Source: Promethearchaeota archaeon
Lineage (GTDB): Archaea > Asgardarchaeota > Lokiarchaeia > Sigyniarchaeales > SOKP01
Direction: 5' to 3'
Assembly: GCA_030599585.1 (NCBI GenBank)
Contig: JAUVNS010000002.1
Location: forward strand, 96,001-160,000
Length of the DNA: 64,000 nt
Part shown: piece after piece, positions 1 to 9,789 of the stretch
Layout: each line of letters opens with the position of its first letter
How positions within the stretch are numbered: position 1 is the stretch's first letter
The notes under the pieces: model-generated
The model's database searches: none
The model's input: only the letters and a program-made list of their open reading frames with translations
Told to the model about the DNA's origin: nothing
Made by a program: the position numbers and the translations under genes

Positions 1-123
1 GATTTCCGTAACTAATATTTTGTAAAGGTCGTTTGATTTCCTCCATGGATACTGGCGCTTGTTAGCATCGTACCATTTTAACAGAATATTCCTAATCAAA
101 GTATATTTACTTTCCTTAACCAT
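1..123 (-). CDS. HhH-GPD DNA glycosylase (MutY / Mig T:G-mismatch glycosylase family), N-terminal part; runs off the window edge
   Basis: Not on the ORF track. Manual translation from ATG at 123 gives MVKESKYTLIRNILLKWYDANKRQYPWRKSNDLYKILVTEI, matching the LxWY..RxxPWR...Y.ILxxEI start of MutY/Mig proteins. Confidence 0.8.
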   Translation of the reverse strand, partial: MVKESKYTLIRNILLKWYDANKRQYPWRKSNDLYKILVTEI

Positions 124-254
124 TTTCTTCTGATTGGGGTTAGCTACGCATTATTCAATTTTCAATATAGTTTTATAGTTATTAATTAAAGATTAGTTTC
201 ATTTTATTCTTATTGTTAAGATTATCACTTTATATTGTATTCCTTATTATTGCT

Positions 255-1388
255 ATGACTGAAAAAGGTAATCATATACTAGATTTGTTTTGTGGGGCGG
301 GGGGTTTATCGCTAGGTTTCGAAATGGCTAATTTTAAGATTGAGTTAGCGATAGAATTAGAAGAAAATTATTATAGAGCTTATAGAAGAAATCATTCTGA
401 AACGCTAACTCTAAATAAAGATATTACCTTATTAAGCTGCAAGGAAATTTCGGATAAGTATCTTAAAAGTAAAGAAATAGACGGAATAATTGGAGGTCCT
501 CCATGTATAGGGTTTTCTACGGTTGGAAATAGGAGACCCGACGATCCTCGTAACACGCTAATATTTTATTTTATTCAGTGGGTTAAATACTTTAAACCGA
601 TATTTTTCGTTATGGAAAATGTTCCTGGAATTCTTTCAATGGGAAAAGGAAAAGTAGTAGAAAATGTTGTTAATTTATACAAAGAAATGGGATATAATTG
701 TAGAATGGAAATATTGCTCGCAGCTGATTACGGAGTACCGCAATTGAGAGAGAGAGTATTTTTTATAGGAACTCAAGACGAATCGGTTAATTCATTAACA
801 ATCCAAAAAACTAACAAAAATAATATTGCAATGAAATCAGATTTAGGAAAAAATACACTCCCGTCTTATTTGACTGTTCAAGATGCTCTTTCTGATATTC
901 TCAAGATAAAGCCCCTTACAAAACAGCGAGTCGAGAACTCAACAATAAAATATAACGGACCGCCCTTAACTCAATATCAAGAATATTTAAGGGAAAATTC
1001 TGACGAATTGTATGACCATTTTGCCCCAAATCATAGTGAAATCGTGGAAAGAAGAATCTCCCATATCGCCCAAGGGATGAATCATAGTTCTTTACCGAAC
1101 GAATATCAACTCAAAGGGGGTTATCCAAACATTTATGGGAGACTTCACTTAGATTCTCCAGCAGATACAATAACAGGAAATTGTGGATGTGTTAGTGCAC
1201 CGGGGAGATTTATTCATCCAACTCAAAATAGAGCGATCTCTATTAGAGAGGCGGCGAGATTGCAATCGTTTCCAGACAGATATAAGTTTTGCGGGACCAT
1301 GAGAGACAAATACAAACAAGTTGGTAATGCAGTACCGCCTTTAATGGCTTACGCGGTGGCCAAATCAATAAAAAATATGTTAAATTAA
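255..1388 (+). CDS. dcm: DNA (cytosine-5)-methyltransferase
   Basis: Motifs DLFCGAGG, GGPPC, ENV, PQxRxR, REAARLQSFPD and QVGNAVPP. ATG at 255 preferred over TTG at 213. Confidence 0.95.
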   Translation: MTEKGNHILDLFCGAGGLSLGFEMANFKIELAIELEENYYRAYRRNHSETLTLNKDITLLSCKEISDKYLKSKEIDGIIGGPPCIGFSTVGNRRPDDPRNTLIFYFIQWVKYFKPIFFVMENVPGILSMGKGKVVENVVNLYKEMGYNCRMEILLAADYGVPQLRERVFFIGTQDESVNSLTIQKTNKNNIAMKSDLGKNTLPSYLTVQDALSDILKIKPLTKQRVENSTIKYNGPPLTQYQEYLRENSDELYDHFAPNHSEIVERRISHIAQGMNHSSLPNEYQLKGGYPNIYGRLHLDSPADTITGNCGCVSAPGRFIHPTQNRAISIREAARLQSFPDRYKFCGTMRDKYKQVGNAVPPLMAYAVAKSIKNMLN

Positions 1389-1424
1389 AAAATTATTAAA
1401 GAAAAGTTTCAATTTTAGTAAATT

Positions 1425-3707
1425 TCATTCTCTAGGCTTCTGAATAGGTCGAAAGATTCCCTTTTTTATTAGACGAGATATTGTATCAAAATCATTTGGA
1501 GTGCACATGTTTTCAGGAAGGAGGTAGAGCGAATAAAAATAGTTAGAATTATTTTCTTTCAAAAAATCTAACGCTCTCTTGACCATATTTTTTTCATCTT
1601 GACCCAATTTCGTTTTAGATTTTAACGAAAGCTCAACTGATAAGGGGTAAAGAAAAGATACATTCAAATGGTGCTCTACTAATTTATTTATCGGGTGAAA
1701 AGGTTTAAGGATTCCCGTAAATTTGTCTATTTGCTTACCAAAGTATTTATAAATATCGTAGGCTAAAGATTCAATATCGTAACTAAAGTTTTCAGAGGGT
1801 TTTTGCTTCATGATAACAATTAATCTTAAATTAACAAATTCAGTCATTATTATTATTGAATTTTTATATTCTATCTTTACAGTTTTCGTACCTTTTGCTT
1901 CTTCGATTACCTCATCTCCAAAATTGTGTATAGCTTGTAGGAAACCTGAAATTAGTGTCGTGTCTAATTCTTTAGTGTTATTAAAAGAATTCGAATAAAG
2001 ATCTATCCCAGATTTTTTATCGAGAACTATGACATAATGTAGATTCATGAGATCGGAATATTTTTCTAAGATTAATTTTAATTTTTCTCTATGCCTTGAT
2101 TCTACTTTTTTAACTGTTGCATAACTAGAAAATCCTACTACAGAACCAATTAATACGACAGCGCTAATCGTTAAAAATAGAGAAAAATCTTGGGGTGTGT
2201 CAGAACTCGAAGAGTAAGATATTGAGAAGACTTGTGATTGAACCCCCGCATCAGTTTGGTTATGCCAAAAAAGATAAGCAATGTAATTTCCTTCAATTTT
2301 ATTGGTTGGTATTACATAAGAGAATATATTATCATTAGGTGGGATACTTGAAGTAGTTCTATATTCTTCTATACCTAACGGATCAATTAATACAAAAGTA
2401 TAATTACCATGTTTAATAGGCGAGCCAAGTGAAAATTTTAGCTCTTGTCCAGTGAAGTATTCCGTTTTTTGAACATCTAAATTAACTTCGATATGAGGAG
2501 AATAAGCATAGATTTCCCAATTTGCTCCGTTGTGTATTGTATCGTTTGGAAAAATTAGAATATTGTTTGACAAGTCAATAATGACATCTGAATTAATTAA
2601 TTCCCCATTTTTAAATATATTAAGATTATTCCAGCTTTCAGGGAATTCAAACTTGATTGTATCGTTATTTGAGTACCTCTGGATTTCGGGTGTAATTAAC
2701 CATTCATTACTGGCATTTAAATTGACATTCAACACACTGGGGGCCAAAAAATTATTACTAATCCGAAGGCTATAATTGAAATGAAATCTTAATGAATTCG
2801 TTTTATTGTTTTTTATTTTAATATTTAACTCGTTTTTATTAGGTCGATAATCTAGATTATTCTTTTTCAGGTATCCTTTACCACGGTGAGGACCATCTTC
2901 TATTTCGTAAAGATTTCCATCAATTTGAGCAGTCATGTTTATCTCTTCAGGGAAAAAGGAAGCATTCACTTTTTGAATTATTTTATGAAGAAAAGGGGCT
3001 CCTTGAGAACCATCCAACCAAGAGCCAGAATCATACTTTGATACATAAAGATCTGGATTTAGAGGATTGATGTTGTTAAAATACCAGTAATAATCTGATT
3101 TGGGACTATTCCCTATAGAAGATCCATCAAATATTAAATAATAATCACCTTTGGGAAGATGAATAGGATTTGAGAAATTTTGTAGATGCCAAGAGGGACT
3201 ATCAGAATAAGGCATATTTAAGGTAATAGAACCATATATTGTATTATTAGGGGAATTTGTAGAATTATCATAACCACTTATTTGGATAACTATTGGTGTA
3301 TTTTCGGTCGATTCATTATAACCATATATTTCTATTCCATAAATAATAGTAGGATTAATCACTTCAATTTGTACTGCGTAACCATCGTTAAATTTGTCAA
3401 TAACAACACTATCCGTAGCAACATCTTCTATGGTTTTTTCTTCAGTTCCAAACTCCATCTCATCAAAGTTCAATTCAATATCATCAATATTCCATGTATT
3501 TGAGGGTAATAAGATATCTATGGAACTCACATTTTCACTATACCCATGTTTTAAAGAGTTTTCGATCAGTTCGAAATTTATATTGATCTCCAACGAGATT
3601 TCGCTGACATCTGATAGATTTCCTTCATTATTGGGGATTAAGGCTAAGAAAAAAATGGTAGCGAGTAAAATACAAAACGATCTTTTTAAAGTTTTATCTG
3701 ATTTCAT
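1425..3707 (-). CDS. Single-pass membrane protein with large ectodomain and C-terminal cytoplasmic longin-like domain (paralog 1 of 3)
   Basis: N-terminal signal/anchor, Asn-rich beta ectodomain, TM FSLFLTISAVVLIGSVVGFSSY, then VIVLDKKSGIDLYS...LISGFLQAIHNFG...IEYK..IIM.EF...RLIVIMK. Colinear with 16114-18402 and 27740-29992. Confidence 0.75.
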   Translation of the reverse strand: MKSDKTLKRSFCILLATIFFLALIPNNEGNLSDVSEISLEININFELIENSLKHGYSENVSSIDILLPSNTWNIDDIELNFDEMEFGTEEKTIEDVATDSVVIDKFNDGYAVQIEVINPTIIYGIEIYGYNESTENTPIVIQISGYDNSTNSPNNTIYGSITLNMPYSDSPSWHLQNFSNPIHLPKGDYYLIFDGSSIGNSPKSDYYWYFNNINPLNPDLYVSKYDSGSWLDGSQGAPFLHKIIQKVNASFFPEEINMTAQIDGNLYEIEDGPHRGKGYLKKNNLDYRPNKNELNIKIKNNKTNSLRFHFNYSLRISNNFLAPSVLNVNLNASNEWLITPEIQRYSNNDTIKFEFPESWNNLNIFKNGELINSDVIIDLSNNILIFPNDTIHNGANWEIYAYSPHIEVNLDVQKTEYFTGQELKFSLGSPIKHGNYTFVLIDPLGIEEYRTTSSIPPNDNIFSYVIPTNKIEGNYIAYLFWHNQTDAGVQSQVFSISYSSSSDTPQDFSLFLTISAVVLIGSVVGFSSYATVKKVESRHREKLKLILEKYSDLMNLHYVIVLDKKSGIDLYSNSFNNTKELDTTLISGFLQAIHNFGDEVIEEAKGTKTVKIEYKNSIIIMTEFVNLRLIVIMKQKPSENFSYDIESLAYDIYKYFGKQIDKFTGILKPFHPINKLVEHHLNVSFLYPLSVELSLKSKTKLGQDEKNMVKRALDFLKENNSNYFYSLYLLPENMCTPNDFDTISRLIKKGIFRPIQKPRE

Positions 3708-3874
3708 GTTTTCATTTAATTGATTTCTAATGTTAATTTTACATGTTTGACTAAAAAACTTTTACATTTTTATCAATAAAAATGAACAATGTGAGCGAAA
3801 TTGTTTTAAATGTTATAACCAGTTTAAATGAATCACTAAAGCCCAATTTTATAATAATTTAAAGAAAAAAGGGT

Positions 3875-4423
3875 TTATTCTATGCTTTCAATATTAGATT
3901 TACATATTTCCAAAGTTAATTTGGAAAAGACATCTTCTACCTTGGTGCCAATTTTTGCGCTTGTTTCTATGTACTCGCTTGCGGAAACTTGCTGCTTGAT
4001 GTGATTTACATCATCTAAATTAATTATTCTGTTTTCTGAAGTCAATAAATCTAGTTTGTTTCCAACGAGTAGATTTGGAACGATTCCAATTTTACTTTCC
4101 ACTTCTTCTTTCCAAGTTAATAAATTATCCAGAGTGTTTTTCCTAGTTAAATCAAAAGCGTAAACGATACCTTTTGCACCTTTATAAAACGCATATCTAA
4201 CCCATCTAAATCGAGGCTGCCCTGCCAAATCCCAGAATTGCAAAGTAATTAAGCGTTCAATTTCGGGGATTTTAACATATTTTACGAAAAAATTAGATCC
4301 AATTGTTCTTTGAGCGTCGGGTACGAATCTCCTTTTCAAGTATTGGTTAAGAATCGTGGTTTTTCCTACTTCGGAATCGCCGACAATACAAATTTTAAAA
4401 AAATATTTGTTTGAGCCTACCAT
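3875..4423 (-). CDS. Rab-like small GTPase
   Basis: G1 GDSEVGKT, G2 RTIG, G3 WDLAGQ, G4 GNKLD, G5 ETSAK, plus Rab-like RF..VR..FYKGA. No C-terminal Cys prenylation motif. Confidence 0.92.
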   Translation of the reverse strand: MVGSNKYFFKICIVGDSEVGKTTILNQYLKRRFVPDAQRTIGSNFFVKYVKIPEIERLITLQFWDLAGQPRFRWVRYAFYKGAKGIVYAFDLTRKNTLDNLLTWKEEVESKIGIVPNLLVGNKLDLLTSENRIINLDDVNHIKQQVSASEYIETSAKIGTKVEDVFSKLTLEICKSNIESIE

Positions 4424-4611
4424 TTTTGATATTCTTAACCGGTGTTTCTATATTAAATAGTGACTTGAGACTTATATGTTTATATTATATACAAGTATTA
4501 GTATTAGATAATAATCAATGAAATTTGTAGAGTTCAATTTAATACTTCGAAATATTAATAATATGAAAGCTATTATATTTTAAGTGTAATCAGTTAATGA
4601 AAAAAAAATGA

Positions 4612-5862
4612 GTGTTATTTGATATGGGTAAAAACTTAAAGGATCTAATAGACAACGCTGAAGAAGAAGAAAAAACGCATGCTCAATTAGAAAAAACAAT
4701 TGAAAGTTTAGAGCGGAAGGTAACAAAATTAGAAACGAAGTTAAAAGAAAAAAAGAAATCTTCCAGACCAGAACATATAAAACCTGAAGAGGAAGAGCTT
4801 GAATCCGAAGAGATAAAAATTTTGAAGGAATTAATCAGTTCACAAAAACAAGAATTAGCTCAAAAGCAACAGGAGAAAGAGATTTTTCAGCAAAAAATTG
4901 GATATTATAGGCAACAATTACAAAACCTTGAAGATAGTCTAAACGATTCTGTAAAAGATGAAATAATAGTGAAAACTCAAAATTCTCTCAATAATTTGAT
5001 CGAAGATTATGGGAGATTGGAAAACACAAACAAATCCCTCAATGAAGAAATTTCCAAGATAAAAAACGAAAACAAGCTACTTTTAGAAAATACTAAGAAG
5101 ATTCAAACTGAAAGTTCCAATGTAGAACATATTGAGATAGATTTAAAGAATTTACAGAAGCAGTTAACTGATTTGGAGAGAGAGAAAAAATTACTTGAAG
5201 AAATTAATTCTACATTTCGAAATAAAGAAATCTCAGTCGAAGAATTACAAAAAACAGCAGATGTTTTAAAAAGCAATAATCTCGAATTAAAAAAAGAAAA
5301 TCAAAAAATATCTAAAATAATTGATACCATTAAAGCTGAGAACTCTCGGTTAGCAAAGTTTGAGGAAAAAGTTTTTTATTTAGAGAATAAAATCATTGAT
5401 TTAAGGATTGAAAATGAAAAGCTAAAGCAAAAAGATGCTATACTTCTTGCAAAAACGATTAACGTTATCGAAAAAGAGAAGAGAGAACAGATAGAATTAG
5501 CGAATGATTTAGAAACTATTGAAAAGGATTTAAAAAAGAAAGATGATGAGATCGTTGAGAAATCAGTAGAAGGTGTGCAAAGTGAAGAGCTTCAATCAAA
5601 AACCAGTAGAGATTTTATTACAACTGAAAATGTTGATCATATGCCAAATTTAGCGGAATCCAAAGATTCAGGGTCGGAAGAAGGCTTTTTAACCAAAACC
5701 TATGAACAAACTGGTTATCGTAAAAAAATCTGTCCGAAATGTGGAAATACAAATAAAACACAAATACGGGAGATTGATGATAAAACGCGAGTAATTTTTC
5801 CAGGCTTTTATGCGAAAAAATATAAGTGTGGACAATGTGCTACAGAGTGGAATAAAGACTAA
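4612..5862 (+). CDS. Long coiled-coil protein with C-terminal zinc ribbon
   Basis: About 300 aa of E/K/L heptad-rich sequence. C-terminus CPKC...REIDDK...YAKKYKCGQC..EW. Likely ATG start at 4624. Confidence 0.75.
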   Translation: MLFDMGKNLKDLIDNAEEEEKTHAQLEKTIESLERKVTKLETKLKEKKKSSRPEHIKPEEEELESEEIKILKELISSQKQELAQKQQEKEIFQQKIGYYRQQLQNLEDSLNDSVKDEIIVKTQNSLNNLIEDYGRLENTNKSLNEEISKIKNENKLLLENTKKIQTESSNVEHIEIDLKNLQKQLTDLEREKKLLEEINSTFRNKEISVEELQKTADVLKSNNLELKKENQKISKIIDTIKAENSRLAKFEEKVFYLENKIIDLRIENEKLKQKDAILLAKTINVIEKEKREQIELANDLETIEKDLKKKDDEIVEKSVEGVQSEELQSKTSRDFITTENVDHMPNLAESKDSGSEEGFLTKTYEQTGYRKKICPKCGNTNKTQIREIDDKTRVIFPGFYAKKYKCGQCATEWNKD

Positions 5863-5877
5863 CTTTATCGTGACTCT

Positions 5878-6996
5878 TTAATCGCTTCTCCTATTTTCTT
5901 TGTAAATTTTTTCTAATAATTGGACCGTATCAGGATAAATATAAGATTGTTCTTTTCGATGAAGTTTGATTGCATCTACAGGGCAACATGCCGCACAAAT
6001 TCCACAGCCATAACACTTTTTAAGATTTACAATAGATTTCTCTTTTATTATTGTAATAGCATTAAATGGACATCTTTTTGCGCAAAGAGCACATCCTGTG
6101 CATAAATGACGATTAACTTTAGCGATATAGTTCGATTTAGCCGTACAATTTTCGTTTTTATCTTCAAATCGCGTCATTCCTCTTAAAAGAGCGCAGCAAC
6201 AGGCACAACAGGAACATATTACTTGGTGGATTGGGCTTTTACTGTTTGCAACTGTAAAAACTAAACCTTTTTTTGACAATTTCTTTACTAGGTTATGGGC
6301 TTCTGCGAGAGAGATTTCTCGTCCTTCTCCTCTTCGTAAAAAATATTCCCCGAACAATCCAACTTGAAAACATGTTTCTGAAATAGGAAATTTATCTTTA
6401 CATTCTCTTATACCTAAGGTCTCAGTTCTATTACGACAAGGACAATCGGTTACTACAATTGGACCTTTACAAGTGTCTAATATTCCATGTATCTCTTCAG
6501 CATTTGAAATTTTAGACTTATGATCAATTGATGTATCTATGGGAACAATTCTAGTAATAGGAGTACCAGCGTCGGAAGATTCGTATCGCTTGTAATATTT
6601 TTCTTCAATGAAGAATTGATGATACAGTTCAGCTCCTTTCTTTCCAAGCCTTTGGAATGTTTTAGAGTTTTTAAATCCCATATTCAAAAGATGTGCCATC
6701 GCTAAGAAGTAGGAATAACCACCGATATCTTGAATAATACCCGAATTGGTCATTTTTTCCAAAAGTTCTTTAACCTCTTCCTTGCTTTTTCCAATTTTCT
6801 TAGCAATTCGATTACTGGATTGGGGCTTAACTGTTAAGTATTGAGCAACTTCTGCCTCTTCAGGGGTAAATAATAATTTAATAAACGCCCTAAATGCTTC
6901 TGATACATTTCCATCAACAATAGGGATATCGTTAGGGTATTCACGCATATTTTGCAAAATCTTTTCGTAAGAGGCTGTAATTTCTTCTGCTGTCAT
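5878..6996 (-). CDS. Fe-S protein with N-terminal HTH-like region, Cys cluster and C-terminal 2x[4Fe-4S] ferredoxin domain
   Basis: CPCR, CSCCACCC, CTGCALCAKRCP and CYGCGICAACCP. Paralog of 13336-14475. Confidence 0.85.
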   Translation of the reverse strand: MTAEEITASYEKILQNMREYPNDIPIVDGNVSEAFRAFIKLLFTPEEAEVAQYLTVKPQSSNRIAKKIGKSKEEVKELLEKMTNSGIIQDIGGYSYFLAMAHLLNMGFKNSKTFQRLGKKGAELYHQFFIEEKYYKRYESSDAGTPITRIVPIDTSIDHKSKISNAEEIHGILDTCKGPIVVTDCPCRNRTETLGIRECKDKFPISETCFQVGLFGEYFLRRGEGREISLAEAHNLVKKLSKKGLVFTVANSKSPIHQVICSCCACCCALLRGMTRFEDKNENCTAKSNYIAKVNRHLCTGCALCAKRCPFNAITIIKEKSIVNLKKCYGCGICAACCPVDAIKLHRKEQSYIYPDTVQLLEKIYKENRRSD

Positions 6997-7163
6997 AATA
7001 AATTAGGCTCCAGAGCTGTAAATATAATTTTAAAGTAGCAATTACCTTGATTTTTATAACAATTTCTGATTTTAATATTTTTGTATGACGAAATATAAGC
7101 TATAGTGCTTAAACCATCAAAATTGATTTGATATATATCATAATTAGAAAATAGTTTTTTCTA

Positions 7164-7616
7164 TTGTCGTTTATTTTTATACATCTTAACTTTAGCAAGA
7201 GTTTTTTGTTTTATAATTATATTATTATGTACAATATAATGCCCGATTTTGAGAAAATTAAACAGAACCAGCAATTATCCGAAGTTACAGCTAAATTTTT
7301 TGCTTTGTATAAAGACGAAAGTACCTATTTGTCTGGGTGGATTGGTCTAGACAGAACTCTAAGCCAATTCACTTCTATGTTATTAGAAGAAATAAATTAT
7401 ACATGGGATTTAGGCAATCAAAATATGGAAGATTACATAATTTTTCATATCGATACTGAAGATAAAAATAAGCTTAGGGAAATAAAAAAGGAACAAACTT
7501 ATCAAGCTGTAAGAAATTCCAAAACTATTTACTTAGTTATTTTACATAAAGACATTCCGTTCCATATTATTGAGAATCTTCCACTTGTATACGATTGGTT
7601 AAGCGAAATCTTATAA
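7164..7616 (+). CDS. Hypothetical protein (start probably a downstream ATG near 7227-7239)
   Basis: Open frame filling the gap between genes; no confident family motif. Confidence 0.55.
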   Translation: MSFIFIHLNFSKSFLFYNYIIMYNIMPDFEKIKQNQQLSEVTAKFFALYKDESTYLSGWIGLDRTLSQFTSMLLEEINYTWDLGNQNMEDYIIFHIDTEDKNKLREIKKEQTYQAVRNSKTIYLVILHKDIPFHIIENLPLVYDWLSEIL

Positions 7617-7625
7617 TTCTAAGCT

Positions 7626-8189
7626 CTAATCCTTTTGATGTTCCAGCTTTATTATAGAGATCAATTTTAATAGGTTTGTGAAATCAATTGTTTCTGGATC
7701 ATCAGTTTTAGGATTCCAACCGAAGAGCATTTTCGCTGCTTTTCCATGGTTCACTACGTACCATTTCATAATTTCAAGCTTTTGTTCTTCATTTGTTACA
7801 AATTCTAACTGCGGTTGGAAACGATGGAACCCATGTCTTACCAGTAGAGAATCAGGATGAGCCCGAATATTCTTCATCCAGCCAGCATCTTCGCCTCTAC
7901 TTGAAAATATTGTAATTGTCCCTTCTATTCGGCGGTATTCTAAGGGCGTTCTTCTTTTCTTCCCTGTTTTTCTTCCTTGTGTCGTTAAAATGAGAAATAA
8001 TCTTCCAAAACCTAAAAGAGGTAAAATTTTTAATCGATATAAGGGAAGAACAATATATTTGTTATAAATTTTAAACTTTTTAAGCATCTTATTCTTAATA
8101 ATTTCATCCTTATGATTGAGATTATAAAGGGAAGACCCTGGTCGAGGTAGAAGGTCTTCATTAACATCTATGTTATTCGGGCTCGTCAA
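7626..8189 (-). CDS. Deazaflavin (F420)-dependent nitroreductase / Ddn family oxidoreductase
   Basis: LILTTQGRKTGKKRRTPL...WMKNIRAHP. TTG start preceded by GAGGA. Confidence 0.85.
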   Translation of the reverse strand: MTSPNNIDVNEDLLPRPGSSLYNLNHKDEIIKNKMLKKFKIYNKYIVLPLYRLKILPLLGFGRLFLILTTQGRKTGKKRRTPLEYRRIEGTITIFSSRGEDAGWMKNIRAHPDSLLVRHGFHRFQPQLEFVTNEEQKLEIMKWYVVNHGKAAKMLFGWNPKTDDPETIDFTNLLKLISIIKLEHQKD

Positions 8190-8418
8190 TTTGATTCCTC
8201 TTTACAAAGCAAAGGATTTGTATTTCAAACTATTCCTTATTAAATTTTTATAGTAATAATCAATGAAATAAATATTGAAGTCATTTATTTATATTATCAT
8301 ATAATAAGATGTTAGAAAAATAAGATGTCGGGATTATTACTTCTTCCAGGATTAATTGGTTATATATTGACGGGCTTAACCATAGTTCACGCACTCATGG
8401 ACGCGAAAAAGAATCGAT

Positions 8419-8904
8419 TTATCGAGGAATCCATTTAGGTACTTTTTCCTTGTATTCTAAATATTTTTGACCAAATAATTCTTCTAGTTGCTTTTGTTCA
8501 AAAGTAGCCAGTTTATCGTAAATAACAATAATTGCAATCCAAATGACAATACTAATCAAGGAAATCGATAGTAATATAAACGCTAGATAAATTAAGAGAA
8601 CGCCAAAATACATCGGATTTCTTACATGCCCAAGTATTCCGTCCGTTATGAGATCGTTTTTATTTTCGGGGTGACGAAATAAAATGTTGTGCGAAGCACG
8701 AATAAATACTAAAGCTACAGCGATAATAATAATAAACAAAATAAGTCTAGCTATCCAAGGAATAAAACTATTCAGTACTGTTGAAAACGAGAAAACTAGT
8801 GAATCTAAAATCCAGATTGTGGTAAAAATCGCTGGAGAGAGTGCTTGTATTAGATGAGAATGTGGTGCCTCGATTCCCAACCTATGTTCATGATTATGGC
8901 TCAT
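8419..8904 (-). CDS. Isoprenylcysteine carboxyl methyltransferase / PEMT family membrane methyltransferase
   Basis: Several TM segments, LITDG...VRNPMYFG, and E...L...FG..YLEY..KVP.WIP. Confidence 0.85.
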   Translation of the reverse strand: MSHNHEHRLGIEAPHSHLIQALSPAIFTTIWILDSLVFSFSTVLNSFIPWIARLILFIIIIAVALVFIRASHNILFRHPENKNDLITDGILGHVRNPMYFGVLLIYLAFILLSISLISIVIWIAIIVIYDKLATFEQKQLEELFGQKYLEYKEKVPKWIPR

Positions 8905-9087
8905 TTTTTATCAACTTAAGTTCTATAGTAAGTAAAATTTTATGATTAACAATTAATTTATTGACCATTAAATGATATCAACAATTAAATGTTACTTTAT
9001 ATTACAAAAATTAGTCGCGCCTAATAAAAATTTTCTATAGACCAGTTATTGCTAAAAATATCTAAAATCATAAAGAAGTGAGTCCTT

Positions 9088-9723
9088 ATCGGATATCTTA
9101 AATATATCGTTAACCAAGTAAAAAAACCAAGGGGATTATTCGGCAAAAAAATTGCAAAGAGGATGAACGTTTCACACGCTTCGTTAGCAGAGTGGGGATC
9201 ATCTCACATAAAATTAAGGAAAGATATGATAATTTTAGACGTTGGATGTGGAGGGGGAGCTAATGTTAACCGTTTTGCGCAATTTGCAAGTGATGGGAGG
9301 GTATTTGGAATTGATTATTCACCCACTTCAGTGAAAGTCAGTAAAGAAGTTAATAAAAAATATATTGAAGAGGGAATTGTTGAGATTCGCGAGAGCTCAG
9401 TCTCATATATTCCCTTTGAGGATAACACCTTCGATGTAGTTTCAGGTTTTGAAGCTTATTATTTTTGGCCAGATTTAGTTAACGATTTAAAAGAGATACA
9501 TCGCGTTTTGAAAATCAACGGAGTATTATTATTAGTCAACGAGGGTTATAAGTGCGAAAACAAAGAAATAAGAAAAATAGTAGAGAATTGGGCGAAACTC
9601 GGAAACTTTAAACTTCATTCACCTGAGGAGTATAGGGATTTTTTAAGTAAAGCAGGATTTTCTGAAATTGAGGTATACGAACAAAAAGAGAAGGGTTGGA
9701 TTACGGCTATCGCTACAAAATAA
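9088..9723 (+). CDS. Class I SAM-dependent methyltransferase
   Basis: LDVGCGGG, GIDYS, PFEDNTFD. The frame stays open upstream of ATG 9163 to a TGA at 9079 and encodes Q.KKPRGLFGKKIAKRMN. The start at ATC 9088 is inferred. Confidence 0.85.
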   Translation: MGYLKYIVNQVKKPRGLFGKKIAKRMNVSHASLAEWGSSHIKLRKDMIILDVGCGGGANVNRFAQFASDGRVFGIDYSPTSVKVSKEVNKKYIEEGIVEIRESSVSYIPFEDNTFDVVSGFEAYYFWPDLVNDLKEIHRVLKINGVLLLVNEGYKCENKEIRKIVENWAKLGNFKLHSPEEYRDFLSKAGFSEIEVYEQKEKGWITAIATK

Positions 9724-9789
9724 AAATGATAGTAATATTAAAAATAACAGAAATAAATATTAAACCCTTTCTTACTCAAATTTCATCGT

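Noticed and set aside
8419-8904. ICMT-family gene as part of a Rab prenylation pathway
   Set aside because: The GTPases in the window have no CAAX or CC tail, and this membrane methyltransferase family is widespread in prokaryotes.
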